NCBI GenBank assembly: GCA_001799675.1
Contig: MGTX01000016.1
Location: 9,876-73,875, forward strand
Length of the DNA: 64,000 nt
Direction: 5' to 3'
Source of the DNA: Elusimicrobia bacterium GWA2_66_18
GTDB taxonomy: Bacteria > Elusimicrobiota > Elusimicrobia > UBA1565 > UBA9628
Within the stretch, counting starts at the first letter, position 1, and every line of letters starts with the position of its first letter. This document shows positions 10,009 through 20,786 of the stretch, in pieces. A program made the position numbers and the translations under genes. The notes beneath the pieces were generated by a model. The model searched no databases. It saw nothing but the letters and a program-made list of their open reading frames with translations, and was not told where the DNA came from.

Positions 10009-10998
10009 ATGAAACAACGTGTTATTTGGCTGGTTCTTCTTTTCGGCGTGTGGAGAGTTCCGGCCTTCGCAAGTGAACAGAGCGCGATCAAGCGCCTCCA
10101 GGTTCTCGCCGCTGAGTACCCAGCGGCGCCGATGGTCGTCGTCAACCCCGCGCTATCCCGGAGAAGAGAGACTCCCGCTCCCAAAAGCGTAACCGTCCCA
10201 TTGCGATTCAACTACGGCTATTTCGGGGGCCCGAAATCCATGAACGTGCCCTGCGCGTTCAACGGCGGAGCCCGCAGGTCCTGTTTCCTCGACACCGGCT
10301 CGATGATTTCCGCCGTGCCCGAAGACGCGGAGTCCCTGGGCTATCCCAAGGTCGGCCGGTCGAGAATGCAGGCGGCATCCGGAACGCCGCTCTTGTTCGA
10401 CCTGGTCGCAACCGAGAAAGTCATGATTGGGGACGCCGCCATCCCCCTCGCGAGCATCGGACGGAGCGCCGCCATCACCCACCAAGAAGGGATGATCGGA
10501 AGCGACGCGCTGGCCGATCAGGTCGTGCTGTTCGATTTCGAGAAGAAGGTTCTGATCTTCTCGCCGGGCGGCGCGATTGGTCAAAAACTCGGCAAGGCCG
10601 GGATGGGCCGCAGCGACCTCGGCGACGCCCTGCTGATCATTCCCCTTTCCATTTCCTTGAACACCCTCAGCACGATGTGGGACACCGGCGTTATGAATCC
10701 GCTGACACTGCGACAGGAATGGATCGATCAACATTCCCAACTCTTCCGCTACAAATGGGACTCGACCGCCGGAATGGACGCGGCGGGACATATGATCCAG
10801 TCCAAATCCTACGAATTATTGGCTCCCCTAGACATCGGGCAGCTTTACGTCGCGCCGGGCCTCCTCGTCTATGGGGTTGATTTCCCGCCGGAATACGACT
10901 TCGATGCCATCCTGGGGTTCGATCTGCTCAAGCAGTGCAACTGGTTTTTCGATCTCCCGAATAGATCCTGGGCGGCATTTCTGCCCGCCCCCGATTAA
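10009..10998 (+). CDS. Secreted two-domain retropepsin-like aspartyl protease
   Basis: Signal peptide MKQRVIWLVLL...AFA; FLDTGS + GMIGSD and MWDTG + AILGFDLL. Confidence 0.75.
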   Translation: MKQRVIWLVLLFGVWRVPAFASEQSAIKRLQVLAAEYPAAPMVVVNPALSRRRETPAPKSVTVPLRFNYGYFGGPKSMNVPCAFNGGARRSCFLDTGSMISAVPEDAESLGYPKVGRSRMQAASGTPLLFDLVATEKVMIGDAAIPLASIGRSAAITHQEGMIGSDALADQVVLFDFEKKVLIFSPGGAIGQKLGKAGMGRSDLGDALLIIPLSISLNTLSTMWDTGVMNPLTLRQEWIDQHSQLFRYKWDSTAGMDAAGHMIQSKSYELLAPLDIGQLYVAPGLLVYGVDFPPEYDFDAILGFDLLKQCNWFFDLPNRSWAAFLPAPD

Positions 10999-11021
10999 TG
11001 GGTGTCAGGATTCGGCGCAGG

Positions 11022-11084
11022 GGACTTCGGGTCGCCGACATCGCCTGCGGCGCCGGCCGCCACGCGCTGGCCTTGGCTCGGCGC
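11022..11084 (+). pseudogene. Class I SAM methyltransferase motif-I remnant
   Basis: LRVADIACGAGRHALALARR with no recognisable rest of fold. Confidence 0.5.
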
Positions 11085-11241
11085 CTTCAGGTTTCACGAA
11101 ATCCACACTTTCCGCCATTGGACCCATTTTGGGGTAGATCTCCTGTAGCCTTTTGGTCTTCCCCTCAGACCTATTCAGGATCAGGGCGTCCTGCGGTACA
11201 ATGTTCTCGTCTCGGCCATCCGCCGGAATGGAGGCACTCCG

Positions 11242-12996
11242 ATGCAGTCGCGAGCCCTGTTTTGCGTCAGCTTCTTCTCCTTCGTCGTGGCCGGTGTGCA
11301 GGCCTACGCCCAGGTCGTTGAGGCCCACTTCTTGCGCGCCGGCCGGGTCACCATCGTCCCTCAGATGACCGGCGTCGCAGGGATGCCGCCGATCGGCGGC
11401 ATAAACGCGAGCCTCGGCGTCTGCGCGATCTCGCAGACGCCGACTCTGCCGTCTCCGGTCGCGTATCAGGCGGCGGCCCTCGCGCCCGCGGCAGGCGGTC
11501 TGAAGACTCCCGCCGAGCAGTCGTTGCGCCTCAATGCCGTCTTCGAGTCCATCGTGCCCGCGCTGAATGCCCTCAAGGACCCCTCTCTCGACTCTTCCGG
11601 GGCCAAGGCCGCCGGCCAGATGCTAATGAATAAGCTCCTCGACACGAGCGAGCCTGGCGCGTCCGCCGTCCCAGGCGTCTACGCCGCTGCGCCGCCCTCC
11701 GGCAAGGGTTCGCGCTCGCAGTCCATGGTCTCTCAGGTCTCCTACGCCGAAGGCGTTTCGACGCGCCAGCGAGAGTTCTTCGACGAAACGCTGAGCCGCC
11801 GCAAGGCGGGTTGGAACCGCGGTTTCGCCCAGATGGGCGTCAAGCTTCAAGGGCGCGTCAAGCCCGTGCTGAGCGTCAAGGCCGCCGAGGACCGCATCCC
11901 GAAGATGGCCGCCGCCAGCGAGGTCCGATATATCGTCGAGTGGTCCCAGGGCGAGACGCGCCTTGGCGCGTTCAAGGTCACGATCCGCCTCAAGGACATG
12001 AAGCTCGTCTTCTCGCGTCTGTCGGCTCCGCCCGCCGCCGAAGATAAGCAAATCCGCATCCGCTTGCGCGGGACCGTCATCGCCGAGGCCTTCCCTATCG
12101 AAGTCGAAGTGACGCCGGCGATGATCGAGGAGTTCTTCGAGGCGCACGGCCTGCGCGTGCTCGGCAATCCTGAAAAGGCAACCTGGCTCGTCGCCGTCAC
12201 CGGAGAGGCTCGGGCCGACGCCGTCGCGCGAGAGCTCTCCGGCCAGGGACTGGCGCTGTACGCGACCCCCGTGAAGGGCGATATTCCCGAATCAAGCCAA
12301 CTCTGGGCGATGTTCAAGAAGAAGACCGTCGAGGACACGGGAGTCGTCGAGACGTCCGTCAACGAAGGCGCGATCTCCAAGACCCTGCGCGAGGCGGGCC
12401 TGCGCGTCCTCGAAACCGAACGCAACGGAACTTGGAAACTCGGGGCCTACGACGGCGTTCCCGCCGAAGCGGCCGCCGCCAAGCTCGCGTCCTCCGGCCT
12501 CGTACTCTACGCCGTGCCGCTGCGCTTCGAGGCGGCGCAAGACAGGCAGGTCGTCGTCGAGTTCAAGACGAAGGTCTTGGTCGACCTCAGCGGGGTGAAG
12601 GTCGAAGCCTCGGTGAGCGAGGACGACATCGCCCGCGTCTTGGCCGAGGGAGGCTTCACGGTCGTGGGCGACTACGGCGCGAACTCTTACCGCCTGCAGG
12701 CGCCGGCCGGGACGCGCAACCTCGACGCCCTCGCGGCCCTGCTCGCGACGAAACTCGTCAAGAAGGGCGTCGCGGTGGGGACGCTCGGCGACGAGCGCAT
12801 CCGCCGCGCCGCGCAGGACGCGGCCGACAGGAAGGGCCGCCCGTGGTCCGAGAGCGCATATTACGAGAACCTCTCCGCCGCGCGCACGAGCCTTGAACTC
12901 GCCGGAGCGACCCAGGCCCAGCTCGTGCTCTTCGACAAGCTGGCCGACGAGGCGCCGGCGCTCAACGGCGGCTTCAATCCCTGGTCGGGCGACTGA
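11242..12996 (+). CDS. Secreted hypothetical protein with three internal ~80-aa repeats
   Basis: Signal peptide ending AYA; Pro/Ala-rich linker; three repeats with I...(F/L)...G(L/F)xV. Confidence 0.8.
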   Translation: MQSRALFCVSFFSFVVAGVQAYAQVVEAHFLRAGRVTIVPQMTGVAGMPPIGGINASLGVCAISQTPTLPSPVAYQAAALAPAAGGLKTPAEQSLRLNAVFESIVPALNALKDPSLDSSGAKAAGQMLMNKLLDTSEPGASAVPGVYAAAPPSGKGSRSQSMVSQVSYAEGVSTRQREFFDETLSRRKAGWNRGFAQMGVKLQGRVKPVLSVKAAEDRIPKMAAASEVRYIVEWSQGETRLGAFKVTIRLKDMKLVFSRLSAPPAAEDKQIRIRLRGTVIAEAFPIEVEVTPAMIEEFFEAHGLRVLGNPEKATWLVAVTGEARADAVARELSGQGLALYATPVKGDIPESSQLWAMFKKKTVEDTGVVETSVNEGAISKTLREAGLRVLETERNGTWKLGAYDGVPAEAAAAKLASSGLVLYAVPLRFEAAQDRQVVVEFKTKVLVDLSGVKVEASVSEDDIARVLAEGGFTVVGDYGANSYRLQAPAGTRNLDALAALLATKLVKKGVAVGTLGDERIRRAAQDAADRKGRPWSESAYYENLSAARTSLELAGATQAQLVLFDKLADEAPALNGGFNPWSGD

Positions 12997-13135
12997 AGGG
13001 GCGGCCCCGCGCGGGCAAGAGCATCTCGGCGTTGGCCCCAGCAACGGCGTTTTGGATATCGCCCGAGGACATGTCGAATATGCGCTTCGACGGCGGACGC
13101 ACCGGCCGCCACGAGCCCTCGAAGCTCGCTTATCA

Positions 13136-13223
13136 TGCTATAATGGCATTCAGGATTACGAACCCGTAACGAGAAACAGCGGGACCGCCCCTTGGGCGAG
13201 TCTAGCCCGGGGGTTCGGAGTTT
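13136..13223 (+). repeat. Copy 1 of promoter + two-hairpin element
   Basis: TGCTATAAT then GATTACGAACCCGTAACGAGAAACAGCGGGACCGCCCCTTGGGCGAGTCTAGCCCGGGGGTT. Confidence 0.85.
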
Positions 13224-13255
13224 CTAGAGTATCGTGGTTTGGAAAGGGGAATCAT

Positions 13256-13435
13256 ATGGGAGTAAAGAAAGCCGCCAGAAAGCCGGCCGAAGACGTTCGC
13301 AACCAGGGCGCCGCAGCGAAGGCCGCCCGAGCCCTGCGCGCGGAGAAGACCGCCGCTTACGACGTGAAGTACAAAGCCGACGCCCTCGCGCGCCGCGAGA
13401 AGCTGGCGGCAGACGCCGCCGCGCAACCGGTATAA
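13256..13435 (+). CDS. Small basic Lys/Ala-rich protein (59 aa)
   Basis: ATG after GGAAAGGGGA SD; MGVKKAARKPAEDVR... Confidence 0.6.
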   Translation: MGVKKAARKPAEDVRNQGAAAKAARALRAEKTAAYDVKYKADALARREKLAADAAAQPV

Positions 13436-13437
13436 CC

Positions 13438-13590
13438 TTGAAAACCCACTTATACGAATTCAAATTCGACAAGAAGAATTTGAAGTGCCTCTGCGGTTGG
13501 GAGCGCACGCTGAAAACGGCGGAGATCCCTTTAATGTATAAGATTTTTGAGGAACACCGCGCTCAAGGGACCCTGCCCCCTCGGAAATGA
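13438..13590 (+). CDS. Small protein with CxC and distal His (50 aa)
   Basis: TTG 2 bp after previous stop; KTHLYEFKFDKKNLKCLCGWER...FEEH. Confidence 0.45.
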   Translation: MKTHLYEFKFDKKNLKCLCGWERTLKTAEIPLMYKIFEEHRAQGTLPPRK

Positions 13591-13635
13591 CGGCGTTCAG
13601 AGTGAACGATCAGCCGTCATTTGCCCGATTATCCG

Positions 13636-13728
13636 TGCTATAATCACTAAAGCGATTTCGAACCCGTAACGAGAAATGTCGGGACCGGCCCTTGGGCGAG
13701 TCAAGCCCAGGGGTTTCGTGTTTACGGG
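13636..13728 (+). repeat. Copy 2 of promoter + two-hairpin element
   Basis: TGCTATAAT then GATTTCGAACCCGTAACGAGAAATGTCGGGACCGGCCCTTGGGCGAGTCAAGCCCAGGGGTT, exactly 500 bp after copy 1. Confidence 0.85.
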
Positions 13729-13752
13729 CGACCGGAGCCGCCGCGAGAAACC

Positions 13753-15294
<1,542 letters not shown>

Positions 15295-15304
15295 GGCGCG
15301 CGCG

Positions 15305-15907
15305 TCAGCCCGCGAGCAGGGCGCAGACGTCCCGGCGCAATTCCTTCACCCCGATGCCGTCGAGCGAACTGACCCAGGCGAGGTCGTCCGCCTGGACCCC
15401 CGCCGCCTGCGCCACGCGCAGCTTCTGGGCGAGGGAACGCGAAGACTTGACCTGGTCGGCCTTCGTTGCGACGACGCGCCAGGGAAGGTTCTCCCCCTGC
15501 AGCCAGCGCAGCATGAGCAAGTCGAGCTTCGTGGGGCCCAGCTTGGCGTCGACTAGGACGAAGACCATGCGCAGGGCGGGCCGTCCGGCCAGGTAGCCCT
15601 CGACCATGGGCCCCCAGCCGGCGCGGGACGCGGCGGGCCCGCAGGCGAAGCCGTAGCCGGGCAAGTCCACCAGCCAGCGGTCCTTGGCGGCGAGGTAGAC
15701 GGTGATCGTGCGCGTGCAGCCCGGCGCGCCCGAGACCCGCGCGAGGTCCTTGCGGCAGAGGGCGTTGAGCAGGGTGCTCTTGCCCGCGTTCGAGCGTCCG
15801 ACGAAGGCGACCTCGGCGCCGCAGGCCGCGAGGCGGCGGGGGTCGCTCTCGCTCAGGAGGAAGCTCGCGCCATCAAGACAGAGGGGCCGCGCCATTGATT
15901 GCGTCAT
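15305..15907 (-). CDS. engB: Ribosome biogenesis GTP-binding protein EngB/YihA/YsxC
   Basis: GRSNAGKS, DLPGYGF, TKAD. Confidence 0.92.
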   Translation of the reverse strand: MTQSMARPLCLDGASFLLSESDPRRLAACGAEVAFVGRSNAGKSTLLNALCRKDLARVSGAPGCTRTITVYLAAKDRWLVDLPGYGFACGPAASRAGWGPMVEGYLAGRPALRMVFVLVDAKLGPTKLDLLMLRWLQGENLPWRVVATKADQVKSSRSLAQKLRVAQAAGVQADDLAWVSSLDGIGVKELRRDVCALLAG

Positions 15908-15944
15908 TCTACCAGCTTTGGCCTCTCCGCGTCCGCGTCCGCAT

Positions 15945-17867
15945 TCATGATCGGTCCAGGATCTCCCTCACCCTCTGGGCGAGGACCTCCGGCGGGATCG
16001 GCTTCTGTAGTATATCGCCCTTCAAGACTTTGAGCGAATCGAGTTCGCGGTCGTCGATATAACCGGTGATGAAGGCCACCTTCAGGTCCGGACGCAGCCG
16101 GACGGCCCTGCGGGCCAGCTCGCCGCCGCCGATGCCGGGCATCACGACGTCCGTCAGAAGCAGATGGACGCGACTGCCCGCTTCCTTTAGGAAGGCAAGC
16201 GCTTCCTCGCCGCCGCAAGCGGACAAGACGCGATAGCCCCGCTCCCGAAGTATCCTCTCGTTGAGACGCAGGATCGCCTCGTCGTCCTCCACGATGAGGA
16301 TGGTCTCCCGGCCCCGAGCGGAGCCGGCGACCTGGCTGCGCGCCTCGAGCCGCGGCGGCGCCGCCTCGGCCATCGGCAGACAGATGGTGAAGGTCGTGCC
16401 TTGGCCGACGGCGCTGCGCGCGGCGACGTCGCCTCCCGCCTGAGAGACGATGCCGTAGACCGTCGATAAGCCCAGGCCCGTCCCCTTGCCCGGCGGCCGG
16501 GTCGTAAAGAACGGCTCGAAGAGGTGGGCGAGGACCTCGGCCGGCATGCCGCAGCCCGTGTCCGCGACCTCCAGGCGCACGCAGTCCGGCGCGGCGCAGG
16601 GACGGCGCCGGGGCAGGCAGTCCGCGCCCCCCTTCCAAATCTCCGTCTTCAAGATCAGCCGCCCCCCCTTCGGCATGGCTTCGCGAGCGTTGACGCACAA
16701 GTTCATGATCACCTGCTCCATCTGGCCGGGGTCCGCCCGGATGACGGCCGGCTCGGGGCAGAGGGAACTCTCCAGCTTAATGTCCTCGCTGATGAGACGG
16801 CGCAGCATCTTCTGGAGGTTTCGGATCAACTCGTTGAGGTCCAGGACCACGGGCTGGACCAACTCCTTGCGGCTGAAGATGAGCAGTTGGCGGGTCAGCG
16901 CCGCGGCGCGCGCGGCCGCGGCCGCGATCTCCGCCACGTCCGCGCGGCGGGGGTCCGTCTGGGTGAGGCCCTCCTGCAGGAAGCTGCAGTTGCCCATGAT
17001 CGTCATCAGGATGTTGTTGAAATCGTGAGCGATCCCGCCGGCGAGAATCCCGATGCTCTCCATCTTCTGCGCCTGCAAGAACTGGGCTTGAAGGCGCTTG
17101 CGCTCGGTGATGTCGCGGATGCTGCATTGAACCACGCCGGCGCCGTCGGCGGTGCAGGCGCCGCCGACGAACTCCACGTCGATGCGCCGGCCGTTCTTCG
17201 CCGTCAGAGGCAGGTCGTCGCGGCGGACGGGGGCAAGCCTCTTGAGATCCTGCAAGTCCGCCTTGGCGGCCTCCCAACCCTTGAACGCGTCGAGTTCCCA
17301 CGGCTTCTTGCCGAGGATCTCGCCGGGCTCATAGCCGAGCAGGGCCAGGAGGGAGGAGTTGGCGTCGAGGATCTCGCCGCTCGCCGCGTCCAGGATGAGG
17401 ATGCCGTCCTGGGACGACTCGAAGAGGCGCCGGTAGCGCCTCTCGGACTTCTTCACTGCCTCCTGCGCCGAGTTGCGCTCGCGGCGCAGCGCCGCCTCCC
17501 CGAGGGCGCGGGAGATCATCGACCCGAGGCTGACCAGCCGCGACTTCATCACGTAGGCGAAGGCTCCTTGGAGCATCGCCGCCACGGCCTGCTCCTCGCC
17601 GATGGCGCCCGAGACGAGGATGAAGGGGATGTCGAGACCCCGGTCCTTCAACAACCGCAGCGCGCTCATCCCGTCGAAGCGCGGGAGCCTGAAGTCGGCG
17701 AGGATCAGGTCCACCTCCGGCTTGAGGGCGGCGACGTAGTCGGCCTCGGACTCCACGATCAGGGGATCGACCGAGAAGCCCGCGCGCTTGAGCTCATGGA
17801 TCTCCAACTCCGCGTCCTGCGGATTGTCCTCAAGAATGACGACCTTCAGCGTGCCTTTCGTCTCCAT
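15945..17867 (-). CDS. Hybrid sensor kinase REC-PAS-HisKA-HATPase-REC
   Basis: [39 protein letters not shown], two receiver domains. Confidence 0.93.
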   Translation of the reverse strand: METKGTLKVVILEDNPQDAELEIHELKRAGFSVDPLIVESEADYVAALKPEVDLILADFRLPRFDGMSALRLLKDRGLDIPFILVSGAIGEEQAVAAMLQGAFAYVMKSRLVSLGSMISRALGEAALRRERNSAQEAVKKSERRYRRLFESSQDGILILDAASGEILDANSSLLALLGYEPGEILGKKPWELDAFKGWEAAKADLQDLKRLAPVRRDDLPLTAKNGRRIDVEFVGGACTADGAGVVQCSIRDITERKRLQAQFLQAQKMESIGILAGGIAHDFNNILMTIMGNCSFLQEGLTQTDPRRADVAEIAAAAARAAALTRQLLIFSRKELVQPVVLDLNELIRNLQKMLRRLISEDIKLESSLCPEPAVIRADPGQMEQVIMNLCVNAREAMPKGGRLILKTEIWKGGADCLPRRRPCAAPDCVRLEVADTGCGMPAEVLAHLFEPFFTTRPPGKGTGLGLSTVYGIVSQAGGDVAARSAVGQGTTFTICLPMAEAAPPRLEARSQVAGSARGRETILIVEDDEAILRLNERILRERGYRVLSACGGEEALAFLKEAGSRVHLLLTDVVMPGIGGGELARRAVRLRPDLKVAFITGYIDDRELDSLKVLKGDILQKPIPPEVLAQRVREILDRS

Positions 17868-17873
17868 GGCGGG

Positions 17874-18320
17874 CTACGGCAAGGGCGGCTGGTTGATCAG
17901 GAGCCAATAGAGGCCCAACAGCCTGACGGCCTCCGAAAAATCCTCGAATTGGACGGGTTTGACGACATAGCTGTTGACTCCCAGCCGGTAGCTCTCGACG
18001 AGGTCTCTCTCCTCGCGCGAGGAAGTCAGCATCACGACGGGGATATCCCTCGTATTCGGGTCCGACTTGATGCGCCGCAGGACCTCTTTTCCGTCCACCT
18101 TCGGCAGATTGAGGTCGAGAATGACCAGCTTGGGCTTCAGGACGGCTCCCTCGGCCCGGGGGGCGCTCCCGCCGCCGAAGAGGCAATCCAGGGCCTCCTG
18201 ACCGTCGCGGGCGACCTGTATGTCGTTGGCGACGTGGTGTTTGCGCAGGACGCGGAGGGTCAACTCCTCGTCCTGCGCGTTATCCTCGACCAACAGGATA
18301 TCGACTGCATGCTGTTTCAT
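17874..18320 (-). CDS. Single-domain response regulator (Rcp1-like)
   Basis: ILLVEDN, LDLNLPKVDG, LTSS, NSYVVKP. Confidence 0.93.
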   Translation of the reverse strand: MKQHAVDILLVEDNAQDEELTLRVLRKHHVANDIQVARDGQEALDCLFGGGSAPRAEGAVLKPKLVILDLNLPKVDGKEVLRRIKSDPNTRDIPVVMLTSSREERDLVESYRLGVNSYVVKPVQFEDFSEAVRLLGLYWLLINQPPLP

Positions 18321-19669
18321 CTCTTCCTCCCGCCCAAGGTGAATAAGAACTCCGCTCCGCGATCCGGTTCGGCCCGCGCCCAGACCCGCCCCCCGTGACG
18401 CTCGACGACGCGCGCGACGATGGCCAGCCCCACCCCCGTCCCCTCGTACTCCTGCGCGGGATGGAGGCGCGAGAAGACCTTGAAGAGCTTGTCGGCGTGG
18501 CGCATGTCGAAGCCCACGCCGTTGTCCTTGACGCGGTAGACCGTCTCCCCCGCCTCGTCATGGGAGTCGATCTCGATGAGGGCTTGCGGCCGCGCGCGCG
18601 TGAACTTGAGCGCGTTGGACAGGAGATTGACCCAGACCTGCTTCAAGAGGACGAAGTCCCCCGCGCAAGGGGCGAGCTCTCCGACCTGGAAGCGCGCTTG
18701 GCGGCCCTGGCTCGGGAGATCCAGGCTCGCGATGGCCGCGCGCACGACCGCCTCCATGGAGACGGGGGAGTTGTCCATGTCCTGGCGGCTCAGCCGAGTG
18801 AAAGCGAGCAGATCATCGATGAGCCGGCCCATCGTCTGGGCGCTCTTGCGCACCAGGCCCAGGTAGCGCCGGCACTCCGGCTCCAGCTTCGGGGCGTAGT
18901 CCTCCATGAGGATCTGGGAGAAGCCGTCCATCGCGCGCAGGGGGGCGCGAAGATCGTGCGCGACGGAATAGGCGAACGCCTCCAACTCCTTGTTGACGCT
19001 CTCCACCAGGGCCGTCCGCGCCCGGACCCGCTCCTCGAGTTCGCCGTTAAGGCGGAGGACCTCATCCTGCACCCGTTTGCGCTCAGCCTCCAGCCGCCGG
19101 CGGTCCGTCAGGTCCCGGAGCACGATCACGAAGCCGCCGCTCTCCTTCTTCTCGTTGAGCATCGGCGAGAGAGTGAACTCGACGGGGAAGATCTCCCCGT
19201 TTTTCCTTTTGACTTCATACTCGAAGCGCAGGGGCCGCTCCTTCTCGAACGCCTCGCGAACGAACTCGCCGGCATGCAGATAATGTTCATGGTCGACATG
19301 GACTATCTCGGTGGACCGGTTCTTCATCTCCTCGACGGCGCACCCGAACATCGTGCCGGCGGCCGCATTGGCATCGACGATCCTCCGGTCCGGGGAAATG
19401 ATCATCACGCCGTCCATCTGAGCTTCGAAGACCGCCCGGAACCGGCCCTGGGATTGGCGGAGGGCCGCCATGCGGACCAGCAGATCGTCCCGCGCGGGCG
19501 CAACGACCCACGCGGAAATGAGCGGCGAGATGATCACCGTCAACGCAACGACGTCTATTGGAATCGCCCGCGTGCCGTGGATATCGAGAAGAGCGAAGAC
19601 GATCATCACCAGGGCTTCTGCAAGGACCACGATGACCAAGATGCGCAGGAAGGCGGCGCGCGGCTTCAT
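18317..19669 (-). CDS. Membrane PAS sensor histidine kinase
   Basis: Two N-terminal TM, PAS, FAYSVAHDLRAPL, NLLSNALKF, DNGVGF, GTGVGL. Confidence 0.93.
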   Translation of the reverse strand: MKPRAAFLRILVIVVLAEALVMIVFALLDIHGTRAIPIDVVALTVIISPLISAWVVAPARDDLLVRMAALRQSQGRFRAVFEAQMDGVMIISPDRRIVDANAAAGTMFGCAVEEMKNRSTEIVHVDHEHYLHAGEFVREAFEKERPLRFEYEVKRKNGEIFPVEFTLSPMLNEKKESGGFVIVLRDLTDRRRLEAERKRVQDEVLRLNGELEERVRARTALVESVNKELEAFAYSVAHDLRAPLRAMDGFSQILMEDYAPKLEPECRRYLGLVRKSAQTMGRLIDDLLAFTRLSRQDMDNSPVSMEAVVRAAIASLDLPSQGRQARFQVGELAPCAGDFVLLKQVWVNLLSNALKFTRARPQALIEIDSHDEAGETVYRVKDNGVGFDMRHADKLFKVFSRLHPAQEYEGTGVGLAIVARVVERHGGRVWARAEPDRGAEFLFTLGGRKR

Positions 19670-20781
19670 CGTCCGGCCCCCGTCGGGGAAGGCGACCGGA
19701 CGCCCAGGACCGCGGAGACCGCCACGGGCCGCTCGATCCCATGGAAGGTCATCATCCCGAGGTCTTGGAACTCGAACTCGTCTTGGATCGCGGCGCGGGT
19801 CTCCGGCCCCACCAGGATCTGCCCCGGCAGGGCGATCTTCTCCAGCCGTGCCGCCAGGTTGATCGGCGAGCCGATCACGCTGTATTCGGTCCGCTCCTTG
19901 CTTCCCAGGCAGCCCGCCACGACCTCTCCCGTGTTGATCCCGATGCCCAGGCCCAGGGGCCTGAGGCCTTTGAGCGCCCGCTGGCGACCCAGGATCTCCA
20001 TGGCCTGCTGGGTCTTCACCGCCGTACGGACCGCGGCCGCCTCGTGGCGTTCCAGACGGATCGGAGCGTCGAAGAGGGCCATCACTCCGTCGCCGAGGAA
20101 CTTATTGAGAATCCCCCCCTCCGCGCGGATCGCGTCCTGGAGGATGGTGAAGATCTCGTTCAAGTCGGAGGTCGCCTGCTCGGGGGGGACGGCGGCGGCG
20201 TAGGAGGTGAAGTCGCGCACGTCGGCGAAGAGGACGCTCACGCGGCGGCGCTCGCCCCGCATCCAGAAGTCCTCGGGATGGGTCATCGCCGCGCGCGCGA
20301 CCTCGGGCGTGGCGAACTGGCCGAAGATATCGCGCACGCGAGTCAGCACCGACAGCTCCAGATGCGCCCGGCGCAGCTCCGAGCGTAGCTCCTTCTCCCG
20401 GGCCAGCTCGGCGCAGAGGCGCCGCTTCTCGAGACAGCGATGGATCACCGAGCGCAGGTAGTCCTCGGACACGGGCTTGACCAGATAGTCGTAGGCCTCG
20501 CCCCTCATGCCTTCGATGGCGCTCTCCAGCCGGGGGTAGGCGGTCATGATGATGACGTCGGTGACACCCGAGGCGCGGAAGCGCCGCGTGACCTCGTTGC
20601 CGTCGATGGCGCCGGAGAGCATCAGGTCGGTCACCACGATGTCGAAGCCCTCCTCCAGGCGGGAGACCGCGTCCTCCCCCGAACTGACGGATTCGACCGC
20701 GTGGCCGCCGTTTGTCAGCATCCTGACGACCGCCGAGCGGACCGACTCGTCGTCCTCGACGACCAGTATCTTCGCCTTCAT
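19666..20781 (-). CDS. Response regulator with class III adenylate cyclase domain
   Basis: REC + FADVRDFT, KFLGDG, GIGINTG, YSVIGSPINLAARLE. Confidence 0.9.
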   Translation of the reverse strand: MKAKILVVEDDESVRSAVVRMLTNGGHAVESVSSGEDAVSRLEEGFDIVVTDLMLSGAIDGNEVTRRFRASGVTDVIIMTAYPRLESAIEGMRGEAYDYLVKPVSEDYLRSVIHRCLEKRRLCAELAREKELRSELRRAHLELSVLTRVRDIFGQFATPEVARAAMTHPEDFWMRGERRRVSVLFADVRDFTSYAAAVPPEQATSDLNEIFTILQDAIRAEGGILNKFLGDGVMALFDAPIRLERHEAAAVRTAVKTQQAMEILGRQRALKGLRPLGLGIGINTGEVVAGCLGSKERTEYSVIGSPINLAARLEKIALPGQILVGPETRAAIQDEFEFQDLGMMTFHGIERPVAVSAVLGVRSPSPTGAGR

Positions 20782-20786
20782 GGTCT

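Noticed and set aside
13136..13728. CRISPR array or tRNA reading of the repeat
   Set aside because: Only two copies 500 bp apart with ORFs between, no cas genes, no cloverleaf
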